From a virus (lineage: Duplodnaviria; Caudoviricetes), in IMG/VR virus record IMGVR_UViG_3300020407_000005, positions 1 through 51,207 of that record: DNA of 51,207 nucleotides, one strand, 5' to 3'. The translations under genes and the position numbers were made by a program. The notes below the pieces were generated by a model. The model saw nothing but the letters and a program-made list of their open reading frames with translations. It was not told the DNA's origin and made no database searches. Positions 25,728 to 34,954 of this stretch are shown here, in pieces. How positions within the stretch are numbered: the stretch's first letter is position 1; each line of letters starts with the position of its first letter.

Positions 25728-28319
25728 ATGGGACGCCGCGGAGATTTCGGCTCTGGCATCACGCAGAAGCCTCGCGCAAACACCGACGTATGGGTCAATT
25801 CAATCGGAGATTTCGTCGATCAATCGGGGACCGTCGTCGGCGGGTTGCGCGATTTCCGAGACCTTCAACGAGCCGCCGCCGATCTGTTCAATGCCGACAC
25901 TGTGGTGCCGCTGACGGTGGCAAAGGGCTCTGCGATCACGCTGGAGTCCCCGCTGGTAGTAAACCACGCCACTCTGAATCTGGACCTCGCCGGCAGCACT
26001 GTCGAGGCCGGCAACATTGACGGGAACTACAAGGCGATTACCGCTGGCAACTCGTTCAACGATTACACGGGATACCGGAAGTACGACTTCTCGCGACCGT
26101 TCCTGCGCAACGGCACGATCAAGGGCCGTGGTCCCAGCGCCAACTTCGCCAGCCTGATCCGCAACGGTAAAGGCACCGCAGGCCTGTACTTCAACGGCAC
26201 CCGAGGCACGCCCAACAAGGTCATCCGGCCGACCACCGAAAACTTGGTCATCACGGGGTTCGACACCGGCATTGACGGCAAGACTGGCTTCTTCTTGGGC
26301 AACTTCAGCCGCACCGTGGTCTATGACTGTGCGCTGGGGTTCCGCCAACGCCGCGGCCTCGACGCTGGCGAGCGCATTGTGTTCAGCAATCGCTGCCTCA
26401 TGCAGCGCGTCCGCCTGGCTTTCCTGCTGGAAGACGATTCGTCTGAACTGCATTACGACGGCTCGCTCGACTACCTGATGCAGTGGATCATTGCGAATCC
26501 CGCATCCGGGTGGTGTCGAGCCACTTTCGACATCCACTACGAGACCTACTACACCAACAGCGGCAACGACAGCGGTTGGTATGTCGCCCAGGGCCGCGGC
26601 AATGACAACCGGCTGATCTACCCGTGGCTGGATAGCCCGGTTGACATGAACGGGGATGGGTCAGCGATCTGGATTCGCGCCGGTAGCTCGCTGGATCACA
26701 ACACCAACAACCTGGATGTGCCTATCGTCGGCACCACACCCAGCGCGACCAACGACCACTTCATCCATCTTCGCCATCGCAACAGCTGGGGTGTGATCGA
26801 CAAGGTGTCGGCGCAGAGCCTGAGCAACATCAGCAACACGCTGAAGCGGGGACCTGGCGTGCTGCGCAAGGAGTTTGTGGCACCGGCTTTCCCCAGCCGG
26901 CTGACCATCCCCTCCAAGGTGTCGAACAACCCGATGGATAACATGTTTGTCAGCCCGGCAATCAGCGATCTGTCGAGCGACCTGCTGTCTATTACGCACG
27001 ACGGCAAGGAAATTACCGATCGCTTCACTGGCTTGAACCTCACCCTGACCAGGGACAACACCGTGCGTCCCGGCGGGCAGGGCGATGGCACCGTTGGTGC
27101 CGTCACGTTGTCGGTCGATCCGGCGACTCAGATCACCACCTACATCACCGCGGCGGCCCCGATCTCCGGCAACAGCTGTGTGCTCACCGAGCCCTGGGCA
27201 TACCCCACCGGGACTTACACGCTGACCTTCTCCAACGGCGCCACGCGCACTGTGACGCTCAACAATGATTCGTCCGCCGTCAGCTGGGGTGGTGGTGGGG
27301 TGGTGGCCGACGCAGATATCGACGTGTCTGGCGGCATTCCGTCAGTGCAGCCGGCCGATGGATCGGTCCCTGCAGATGGCACCTACCGCGTGGTCTTCTA
27401 TGGCGACTCGGCCGGCACCTTCTGGCTGGAGACGGCAAACTATGAGTGTCTGGGCGTCGGTGTGGCCGGCACTCCGTTCGCAACCCGTGGCTTTGCATTT
27501 ACGGTGACCGCCGGCTCCATCCCGTTCGGCCCCTACGACACGGTGACCATCACGGTGGCCGGCGGTGTGGCAACTCGCAACGGAAGCCCAGCCGGCAAGC
27601 CAACTTCGAGCGGCGCTTCTCTCAAGGTCACGAAGAACGCGCAGACCTCTCTCACCTTTACGGGCGCTCTGTCCGCTGCCACCAGCGGCACGCTGACGGC
27701 GGCCTGGGCCGGGGCAACCGGGGTGTACGCAGTGACCTTCAGCGACAACTCGGTCAGGTCGGCCGTGCTGACCAACGGCAGCACCGCGGTCACCTGGACC
27801 GGTGGCGCCGTCACAGCCACTGCCAGCGCGACGATCCGCAACGATGCGAAGTGGAGCTGGATTCTGCCGGTGCAAAGGGGGCGAATGGTCTCGTTCGAGA
27901 TCCTGTCGCTGGTCCCTTCTGTCGGTGGTGCATCCGGTCCGGTGTCCCTGGCCTACCGTTTCGTCAAGCTCGGAACGCAGAAGGTCGGGGCGCTCACGGC
28001 GACGGCGACGGATGGCGCCGTTCGCGCTGGCCACAGCCAGCTGGTGCCGTCATTCGGGGCGCCCGACACCGGCTCCGCTGGGGGCTTCGACCTGGGCTTT
28101 TCGCGTTCCGGCGGCGACGTGCGCCTAGTCACCATCGACAGCAGCGCTGGCAATCTGGATCGTTGGACCGTCAACTATCTGACCATCGGCAATCCCTCGG
28201 TCAGCACCAGCGACATGGTGTGTCCCGACTGGGCTGATGCTGTGCAGGTGATCGGTGGCCATGACAACGCCGTGTCCGGGGCAGTGCACTTCGCATTGCC
28301 AAACGGTGCTCCGCTGTAG
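25728..28319 (+). CDS. Beta-helix spike/depolymerase-like protein with C-terminal beta-sandwich modules
   Basis: Beta-helix-like repeats (ENLVITGFDTGI, VVYDCALGF, GERIVFSN, GSLDY); Thr/Gly-rich C-terminal half with a duplicated module. Confidence 0.65.
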   Translation: MGRRGDFGSGITQKPRANTDVWVNSIGDFVDQSGTVVGGLRDFRDLQRAAADLFNADTVVPLTVAKGSAITLESPLVVNHATLNLDLAGSTVEAGNIDGNYKAITAGNSFNDYTGYRKYDFSRPFLRNGTIKGRGPSANFASLIRNGKGTAGLYFNGTRGTPNKVIRPTTENLVITGFDTGIDGKTGFFLGNFSRTVVYDCALGFRQRRGLDAGERIVFSNRCLMQRVRLAFLLEDDSSELHYDGSLDYLMQWIIANPASGWCRATFDIHYETYYTNSGNDSGWYVAQGRGNDNRLIYPWLDSPVDMNGDGSAIWIRAGSSLDHNTNNLDVPIVGTTPSATNDHFIHLRHRNSWGVIDKVSAQSLSNISNTLKRGPGVLRKEFVAPAFPSRLTIPSKVSNNPMDNMFVSPAISDLSSDLLSITHDGKEITDRFTGLNLTLTRDNTVRPGGQGDGTVGAVTLSVDPATQITTYITAAAPISGNSCVLTEPWAYPTGTYTLTFSNGATRTVTLNNDSSAVSWGGGGVVADADIDVSGGIPSVQPADGSVPADGTYRVVFYGDSAGTFWLETANYECLGVGVAGTPFATRGFAFTVTAGSIPFGPYDTVTITVAGGVATRNGSPAGKPTSSGASLKVTKNAQTSLTFTGALSAATSGTLTAAWAGATGVYAVTFSDNSVRSAVLTNGSTAVTWTGGAVTATASATIRNDAKWSWILPVQRGRMVSFEILSLVPSVGGASGPVSLAYRFVKLGTQKVGALTATATDGAVRAGHSQLVPSFGAPDTGSAGGFDLGFSRSGGDVRLVTIDSSAGNLDRWTVNYLTIGNPSVSTSDMVCPDWADAVQVIGGHDNAVSGAVHFALPNGAPL

Positions 28320-28346
28320 ATCCCGGCCGCTGCAATTCAACGCTTT

Positions 28347-28601
28347 ATGAGCGCAGACCTTGCCCCCCTCTACCGCGACATCTTCGATCTCGACCGCCGC
28401 GGTACCGCCATCCTGGAAGACCTGGTGCAGCGCTTCGGCGGCGCCCGTGTCTACACGGAAGGCGGCACCGACGCGGTGCTGAAGACCTACCAAGCCGCTG
28501 GCCGGCGCGAGGTCGTGGACTACATCCTGCGCCAGATCAACAACGCGAACGGCGCCCCAGATCCCCAACCCCCTGAAGAAGGAGACCCCAGCCATGAGTG
28601 A
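28347..28601 (+). CDS. Bbp19-like head-associated protein
   Basis: YRDIF...G.AILEDLVQRF...GRREVVDYILRQI, between portal and scaffold. Confidence 0.75.
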   Translation: MSADLAPLYRDIFDLDRRGTAILEDLVQRFGGARVYTEGGTDAVLKTYQAAGRREVVDYILRQINNANGAPDPQPPEEGDPSHE

Positions 28602-29502
28602 AGCCGCCACCGCTCCCGCCGCTGCGCCGGCACCTGCCCCCGCTCCCGATGCTGGCGCCGCTGCGCCGGCTGCAGCACCTGCTGCGCCTGCCGCTGGCGC
28701 GCCTGCAGCTGCACCAGCACCTGCCGCCCCGGAAAGCCTGATCCACGGCGACCCGGCAGCAGCACCGCCGGCCAGCCCCGACGGCAAGACCGACACGCCG
28801 CCGGCCGGCACGCCCGACCCGCTGGCCGACCTGCTGGCCAAGCTGCCCGAGAAGTTCCAGGTCAAGGCCGGCGACAAGCTGGACGCGGCGGCCAGCCTGG
28901 CCAAGGCGCTGGAGCACCGCGACCACCTGGAGAAGCGGCTGGGGGCCGGTGACCTGCCGCCCAAGAGCGAGGCCGAGTACGCGTTCCAGCCGCCCGAGGA
29001 GTTCAAGGACTTCACCTTCAAGGAAGACCGCCTCAACGCCTTCAAGAAGGAAGCCCTGGCGGCTGGCGTGACCGGCAAGCAGTACGAGTTCATGATGAAC
29101 TCCTACCTCAAGGCCTTGCCCGACCTGATGGAAGGCGCCGCGGCCATGAGTGCCGCCGAGGCCCGGGCCGAGCTGGGCAAGGTGTGGACCACGCCCGACC
29201 AGTTGCAGACCGGCCTGGCCGATGCGCAGCGCGCACTGCGCGGCTTGCCGGCCGACCTGCAGGAAGCCACGCGCGAGTTCGGCACCAACCCCGCCTTCCT
29301 GCGCGCCATGGCCCACATGGGCGCACAGATGCGCGAGGACCGGCCGCCGGCCAGCACCTCGGCGCCGACCGCCGCAGCCGCTGACGTGCAGACCCTCATG
29401 AAGCACCCGGCGTACACGGACCCCAAGCACCCCGAGCACGCGACCGTCAGCGCCAAGGTGCGCCAGTTCTACGCCCAGGCCCACGGCACGCAGCCGCTGT
29501 AG
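28594..29502 (+). CDS. Capsid scaffolding/assembly protein
   Basis: Pro/Ala-rich N-terminus, LEKRLGAGDLPP, C-terminal AYTDPKHPEH; precedes the capsid gene. Confidence 0.8.
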   Translation: MSEAATAPAAAPAPAPAPDAGAAAPAAAPAAPAAGAPAAAPAPAAPESLIHGDPAAAPPASPDGKTDTPPAGTPDPLADLLAKLPEKFQVKAGDKLDAAASLAKALEHRDHLEKRLGAGDLPPKSEAEYAFQPPEEFKDFTFKEDRLNAFKKEALAAGVTGKQYEFMMNSYLKALPDLMEGAAAMSAAEARAELGKVWTTPDQLQTGLADAQRALRGLPADLQEATREFGTNPAFLRAMAHMGAQMREDRPPASTSAPTAAAADVQTLMKHPAYTDPKHPEHATVSAKVRQFYAQAHGTQPL

Positions 29503-29523
29503 CCCAGGCCGCACCCCAGCACC

Positions 29524-29549
29524 AAGCCGCCCACCGAGGCGGCTTTTTC
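29524..29549 (+). terminator. Intrinsic terminator
   Basis: AAGCCGCC-CACCGA-GGCGGCTT followed by TTTC. Confidence 0.75.
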
Positions 29550-29569
29550 ACGTCCGCTCAACGCGCATT

Positions 29570-29604
29570 TGTCCGGGATTCACGACGCCCCCCGGCAAGA
29601 CCAT
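29570..29604 (+). promoter_or_regulatory. Late-promoter box 2 (capsid)
   Basis: TGTCCGGGATTCACGACGC immediately after a terminator. Confidence 0.7.
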
Positions 29605-29616
29605 GCCGGCCATCGA

Positions 29617-29727
29617 CAGGCCCGCCATGGCAAGCGGATCACCTGCAACCCGCCCGCGGCAGCGCTTCACAAGGCAGAGCGCACAGCCCGTAGAGCAGGC
29701 CCGAAGCGCAGTGCGACGGATCACCTG
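29617..29727 (+). ncRNA. Tandem cis-regulatory hairpin motif in the capsid leader
   Basis: Two copies of CAGGCCCG-variable loop-CGGATCACCTG (29617-29645 and 29696-29727). Confidence 0.55.
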
Positions 29728-29765
29728 AAAGCCGAACGCCGGAACCACTTTCAGGAGCACTCAAC

Positions 29766-30638
29766 GTGTCCGATTCGATCCCGCAAAGCTTTGTCCAGCA
29801 GTTCGACACTTCGCTGCGACTGCTGGCCGCCCAGATGGACAGCCGGCTCAAGCCGTGTGTCACCGACCGCGGCATGATCACCGGTGAATCCTTCACCATC
29901 GCCAACATCGACCCGAGCGGCGACCTGCCGGCGGACAACGTGCGCCACGGCGACACGGAGTTCTCGGACATCGCGCACACCACCCGCGTGGTGCCCATGA
30001 AGGACTTCTTCGATGCGCTGCCGCTGGACCGCAGCGACATCCCGAAGATGCTGGTCAACCCGGTGACGGGCGGCCACTACATGCAGACCCTGGTGGGCAA
30101 GCGCAACCGCAAGGTCGACAACCTGATCTATCGCGCCTGCCGCGATGCGCAGCTGCTCAAGGACGGCACCAGCCAGGCGCTGCCCAGCGGCCAGAAGATC
30201 GCTGCCGGCGGCACGGGCTTCACCAAGGCCAAGGCCATCCAGGCCCGCAAGCTGTTCCGCGCGAACGAGAAGGACCAGCACGGCATGCCCGGCGAGAAGC
30301 TGTTCATCGCCTACACCGCCGACATGGTCGAGGACATCATGTCCGACACCACGCTGACCAGCGCCGACTATCTGGCCAACAAGTTCCTGCAGCAGGGCGA
30401 CGTCAGCGGCGACTGGCTGGGCTTCACCTGGATCCCGTTCGAGAGCATCGACGTGTCCGGCGGCACCTACTACACGGTGGCCTGGGCCAAGTCGGCGATC
30501 CACTACGGCGAAGGCTCCTTCGAGGGCCGTGTCGACCGCCGGCCCGACAAGAAGAACCTGTGGCAAACCGCCATGAACTGCTCGATGGCGGCTGGCCGCC
30601 AGGACGAGAAGGGCGTGGTCGAGATCGCCTACGTCTGA
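29766..30638 (+). CDS. Major capsid protein
   Basis: FVQQF...QMDSRL, TLTSADY, WLGFTWI, RQDEKGVVEI; AGGAG RBS; position after the scaffold. Confidence 0.88.
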   Translation: MSDSIPQSFVQQFDTSLRLLAAQMDSRLKPCVTDRGMITGESFTIANIDPSGDLPADNVRHGDTEFSDIAHTTRVVPMKDFFDALPLDRSDIPKMLVNPVTGGHYMQTLVGKRNRKVDNLIYRACRDAQLLKDGTSQALPSGQKIAAGGTGFTKAKAIQARKLFRANEKDQHGMPGEKLFIAYTADMVEDIMSDTTLTSADYLANKFLQQGDVSGDWLGFTWIPFESIDVSGGTYYTVAWAKSAIHYGEGSFEGRVDRRPDKKNLWQTAMNCSMAAGRQDEKGVVEIAYV

Positions 30639-30659
30639 CCCTGAAGGAGCACAAGCACC

Positions 30660-31118
30660 ATGGCTGAAATCACTTCCCGTCAAGCCGCCGCGATTGCCTC
30701 GCGCGGCAAGATGAGCCCGTCGAGCGCTGGCGTGATGCGCGTCAGCGTCATCCGCAGCCCGGCCACCGTCACCTGGGCGCAGAACGACACCTGCGGCAAT
30801 CGCGACCGCATCCCGGCGGGCTCGCGCATCCTGGGCTCGTTCATCAGTTCGGCTGCCGCCGGTGCCAGCGTCACGCTGAGCGTCGGCCTGCGCGCCTGGA
30901 CCGCGGACGGCTCCGGCACCGTGGTGGACGCAGCGGCGATCAACAACGCTGTGGCGGCCAGTTCGGCCATCAACGGCTTCAACGCCGGCGGTGTGCTGGT
31001 CACGTCCGGCGCCGAGTACGTGACCACGCAGGACACCGAGCCGTTCTTCACGCTGGGCGGTGCCACCCCCACCGCCAACGCCCAGGTGGTGGTGACCGTC
31101 GTCTACATCGCCCCCTGA
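30660..31118 (+). CDS. Capsid cement/decoration protein
   Basis: Beta-rich 152 aa (RIPAGSRI, TLSVG) directly after the capsid gene. Confidence 0.65.
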   Translation: MAEITSRQAAAIASRGKMSPSSAGVMRVSVIRSPATVTWAQNDTCGNRDRIPAGSRILGSFISSAAAGASVTLSVGLRAWTADGSGTVVDAAAINNAVAASSAINGFNAGGVLVTSGAEYVTTQDTEPFFTLGGATPTANAQVVVTVVYIAP

Positions 31119-31164
31119 TCGCAGGAGCACGGCCGGCGCTGGATGGGGATGCTGGCCGAGGCAT

Positions 31165-31200
31165 TGAGAGGGGGCCCACGCGGTCCCCTCTCTTTTTTTT
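31165..31200 (+). terminator. Intrinsic terminator
   Basis: GAGAGGGG...CCCCTCTC stem followed by a T8 run. Confidence 0.8.
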
Positions 31201-31214
31201 GAGAGGCCCGCCGC

Positions 31215-31784
31215 ATGTCTTCGTCCGCCGTCTCGATTTGCTCGAATGCCCTGCTGGAGCTGGGCGACAAGCCGATCGCCTCGTTCAGCTACAGCGAGGG
31301 CGAGCGCGCCCGCACCGCTGGCAATCTGTGGCCCCAGGTGCGCGACTACCTGCTGCGCAAGCACGCATGGCCCTGCGCACGCCGCCGACTGATCCTGGCG
31401 CCCGAGAGCACCACGCCCGACTTTGACTGGGGCTACAGCTTCGCGTTGCCCGGCGACTGGCTGCGCACGCTGCAGGTCGGCAAGCGCGGCGAGCGGCTGG
31501 ATTACGAGGTGGAGGGCCGGAAGATCCTGGCCAACACCAACGTGCTGCCGCTGGTGTACGTGTGGCGCAACGAAGACCCGGCACTGTGGGACACCTCGCT
31601 GTGCGATGCGGCGGCGGCCGAGATGGCGGCGCGCCTGGCCTACCCGATCACGCAGAGCGCCAGCCTGGTGCAGCTCAAGCGGCAGATCGCCGACCAGGCG
31701 CTGAAGGAAGCCAAGGCGCTGGCGGGCCAGGACAACGAGCCCGAGGATTGGGGCGACAGCCCCTTCACTGACGTGCGGTACTGA
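31215..31784 (+). CDS. Tail tubular protein A/adaptor
   Basis: SICSNALLELG..PIASF...LLRKHAWP...FALPGDWLR pattern. Confidence 0.82.
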   Translation: MSSSAVSICSNALLELGDKPIASFSYSEGERARTAGNLWPQVRDYLLRKHAWPCARRRLILAPESTTPDFDWGYSFALPGDWLRTLQVGKRGERLDYEVEGRKILANTNVLPLVYVWRNEDPALWDTSLCDAAAAEMAARLAYPITQSASLVQLKRQIADQALKEAKALAGQDNEPEDWGDSPFTDVRY

Positions 31785-31785
31785 C

Positions 31786-33951
31786 ATGCCGCGCCAGGAC
31801 ACTCTCCAGACCGGCTTTACCTCCGGTGAGCTGACCCCGCGGCTGGCTGGCCGCGTGGACGTGGCCAAGTACGCGCAGGGCGTCAAGCGCGGCCGCGACG
31901 TGGTGATCTACCAGCACGGTGGCGCCACGCGCCGGCCCGGCTCGGACCTGCTGGCCAGCACCAGGAGCGACGGCCAGGCCCGCCTGGTGCCGTTCGTGGC
32001 CAGCTCCACTGCTGCCTACATGCTCGAGTTCGGGGCGGGCTACATCCGCTTCTGGCGCAACGGCGCGCTGCTGGGTGCACCTTACGAGGTGGCCACGCCC
32101 TACAGCATCGATCAGGTGTGGACCCTGGACTTCACGCAGGGCGCGGACACCATGTTCATCTTCCACCCAGCCCTGCAGCCCTACCGGCTGCGGCGCTTCG
32201 GTGACACGCGCTGGTCGCTGGAGGTGGCGCCCATCGACCCACTGCCGTTCGACGAGATCGGCCGGCGCCAGGCCACCGCCATCACGCTCGGTGCGACGGG
32301 CACCGGCAGCACGTCGGCCACGGCCGGCGCCGCGGCTTTCCTGGCCGCCGACGTGGGCCGCACGATCACGCACAACGGCGGCGAAGCGACCATCACCGCG
32401 GTGGGCAGCAGCACCGGCGCCACGGTCAACGTCACCTCGCCATTCGCCGGCGCCACACTGCCAGCCAGCGAGTGGGTGATGACCGGCAGCCCGCAGACGG
32501 CGTGCAAGCCCTCCGACAAGGAGCCCATCGGCAAGATCACCACGCTGACGCTGACCGACGCTGGCTGGCGCAGCGACGACGTGGGCCGCTTCGTCAGCCT
32601 CAACGACGGCTTGCTGCGCATCACCGCGGTGTCATCCGACACCATCGCATCGGCCCGCATCGAGCAGGTGCTGGCCTCCGACATCGCGGCCGAGGCCAGC
32701 GCCTGGACGCTGGAATCTGCGGTGTGGAACGCGCAGGACGGCTACCCCTGCACCGGCACGCTGCACCAGCAGCGCCTGGTGGCCGGCGGCACGCCGCGCT
32801 ATCCGCAGACCATCTGGGGCTCGCGCGTCGGCCTGTACCTGGACTTCCAGAAGGGCACGCTCGACGATGACGCCTACAGCCACGAGCTGGGCAGCGACGA
32901 GATCCAGCCCATCCGCTACCTGCAGAGTGCTCGCGACCTGATGGCCATCACCTACGGCGGCTGCTGGACGCTCAGCGGCGGCATCGAAAAGCCGATCACC
33001 GCCACCAACGTGCGGGCCATGCAGCAGAGCAACGTGGGCGCCGCCGGCTGCCGGCCCGAGCAGGTCGACAACGACCTGTTCTACGTGCAGCGCGGCAAGT
33101 CCCATCTGCGCAGCGTGTTCTACAGCGTGGAACTGGCAGGCTACGACGCCGACGAGATGAGCACGCTGAGCGAGCACCTGGTGCAGGGAGGCATCATGGC
33201 GATGACGTTCCAGCAGAGCCCCGAGCGGGTGCTGTGGATGGTCAAGGCCGACGGCACGTTGGTGACGTTGACGCACTCGCGCAAGCAGCAGATCAGCGCT
33301 TTCGTGGCCGGCAGCATGGCCGGCGGTGGCGTCATCGAGTCCATGGCCACCATCCCCGAGGGCGGCGAGGACCAGACCTACATGGTGGTGCGCCGCACGA
33401 TCAACGGCAGCACGCGCCGCTACGTCGAGCGCATGAACTGGGCGGCCTGCCAGGACTGCCGCACGGTGCGCGCGCTGTCACCGGCCAGCGCCACCATCAC
33501 CGGGCTGACGGCTTACGCCGGCGCCAGCGTGGCGGTGGTGGCCGACGACGTGGACCTGGGTGACTTCACGGTGACGGCCGGCGGCCAGATCACGCTGCCG
33601 CGCACTGCCTCGCAGGTCACGGTCGGGTTCCGGTCCACGCCCACCATCAAACTGCTGCCCCCAGAAGTGGGCACCGGGATGGGGGCATCGTCTGGCCGGT
33701 CGGTGCACAACGGCAAAACGTCGGTGCTGTTCCAGCACACGCTGGGCTGCGAGGTCAACGGCCAGGCGCTGGGCTTCCGGCAGCTGGGCGAAGGAATCAT
33801 CGGCAACCCCATCGACCCCATTGACGGTTGGATCAACGTGTCCGACGCTGGCTGGGACATCGATGCCGGCGAAGTCGAGATCACGCAGCCGCGCTGCTAC
33901 CCCTGGACCATCCTCGCGGTGGTCCGCCGCATCACCTCCAACCCCGGATGA
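31786..33951 (+). CDS. Tail tubular protein B/nozzle
   Basis: QTGFTSGELTPRL.GRVD..KY, GGATRRPG, GYPCTGTLHQQRL; 721 aa. Confidence 0.88.
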   Translation: MPRQDTLQTGFTSGELTPRLAGRVDVAKYAQGVKRGRDVVIYQHGGATRRPGSDLLASTRSDGQARLVPFVASSTAAYMLEFGAGYIRFWRNGALLGAPYEVATPYSIDQVWTLDFTQGADTMFIFHPALQPYRLRRFGDTRWSLEVAPIDPLPFDEIGRRQATAITLGATGTGSTSATAGAAAFLAADVGRTITHNGGEATITAVGSSTGATVNVTSPFAGATLPASEWVMTGSPQTACKPSDKEPIGKITTLTLTDAGWRSDDVGRFVSLNDGLLRITAVSSDTIASARIEQVLASDIAAEASAWTLESAVWNAQDGYPCTGTLHQQRLVAGGTPRYPQTIWGSRVGLYLDFQKGTLDDDAYSHELGSDEIQPIRYLQSARDLMAITYGGCWTLSGGIEKPITATNVRAMQQSNVGAAGCRPEQVDNDLFYVQRGKSHLRSVFYSVELAGYDADEMSTLSEHLVQGGIMAMTFQQSPERVLWMVKADGTLVTLTHSRKQQISAFVAGSMAGGGVIESMATIPEGGEDQTYMVVRRTINGSTRRYVERMNWAACQDCRTVRALSPASATITGLTAYAGASVAVVADDVDLGDFTVTAGGQITLPRTASQVTVGFRSTPTIKLLPPEVGTGMGASSGRSVHNGKTSVLFQHTLGCEVNGQALGFRQLGEGIIGNPIDPIDGWINVSDAGWDIDAGEVEITQPRCYPWTILAVVRRITSNPG

Positions 33952-34412
33952 TCCCCACCATGATCAGAGAAGCCATCCCCTCCGACATCCCGCGCATGGT
34001 CGACCTGGGCCGCGTCATGCACGCCGAGAGCCCACGCTTCAGCCGCATGGCGTTCGACGGCGATCGAGCCGCGGCCACCATCGCGCGGCTGATCGACATG
34101 CCCGAGGGCTTCGCCTGGGTCTACGAAGATGCCGACGGCCAGGTGGTGGGCGGCCTGCTGGGGCTGGTCATGCCGCAGTGGTTCAGCCACGAGCTGACGG
34201 CCTGCGACATCGCGCTGTTCATCGAGCCCGCGCACCGCGGCAGCATGGCGGCCGTGCGGTTGGTCAACACCTACCGGGCCTGGGCGCATGACCAAGGCGT
34301 CGAGCCGGGCATGGTGCAGATCGGCATCCTCACCGGTGTGGAGGTGGAGGGCACCGAGCGCCTGCTGCAGCGCCTGGGCTGGCAGCGCGCCGGCCTGGTG
34401 ATGGAGGCCTGA
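33948..34412 (+). CDS. GNAT-family acetyltransferase in the tail module
   Basis: MIREAIPSDIP, LFIEPAHRGSMAAVRL, LLQRLGW. Confidence 0.8.
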   Translation: MIPTMIREAIPSDIPRMVDLGRVMHAESPRFSRMAFDGDRAAATIARLIDMPEGFAWVYEDADGQVVGGLLGLVMPQWFSHELTACDIALFIEPAHRGSMAAVRLVNTYRAWAHDQGVEPGMVQIGILTGVEVEGTERLLQRLGWQRAGLVMEA

Positions 34413-34414
34413 CC

Positions 34415-34951
34415 ATGTGCGTGCAACTTGCAAACGCCGCGATGGCGATGGGCGGCGACCTGGCCGGCGCCAACGGCGCCATCCAGCAGGGCGGCACCAT
34501 GCAGGCGCTGTCGGGCGGGCTGGGTGCGCTGGGTGACCTGGCCATGGGCGCCACGCGCGCCAAGGCTGCCCGGGCCGATGCCGCCGCTGAACGCGCCGCG
34601 GGTCAGCAGCGCGCGAGCCGCATCCGCGATGCCGGCGCTGAGACGCTGGGCGCCGCCCGCGCGCAGCTGGCCGCCAGTGGCGTCAAGGTCGGCGCCGGGT
34701 CCGCGCTGGACATCGAACGCCGCATCGTGCGCAATGTCGAGCAGGATGCAGGCGTGGCCATCCTCACCGGCGAGCGGCGGGCGCAGGCCCTGGATGCACA
34801 GGCCCGCTACAGCCAGGCCGCCGGCATCAACAGCGCGCTGGACGGCCTGGGCGGCGCGGTGGACAACTGGAAGCGCAGCCGGCGGGCCACCGAAGGCCCG
34901 GGCGGGTCCGCGCTCGATGCGTTCTGGCGCACCGGCACCACGGGGGATTGA
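34415..34951 (+). CDS. Internal virion (ejection) protein
   Basis: MC start, ARAQLAASGV..GAGSALDI motif of T7 gp14-like proteins. Confidence 0.7.
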   Translation: MCVQLANAAMAMGGDLAGANGAIQQGGTMQALSGGLGALGDLAMGATRAKAARADAAAERAAGQQRASRIRDAGAETLGAARAQLAASGVKVGAGSALDIERRIVRNVEQDAGVAILTGERRAQALDAQARYSQAAGINSALDGLGGAVDNWKRSRRATEGPGGSALDAFWRTGTTGD

Positions 34952-34954
34952 GGC

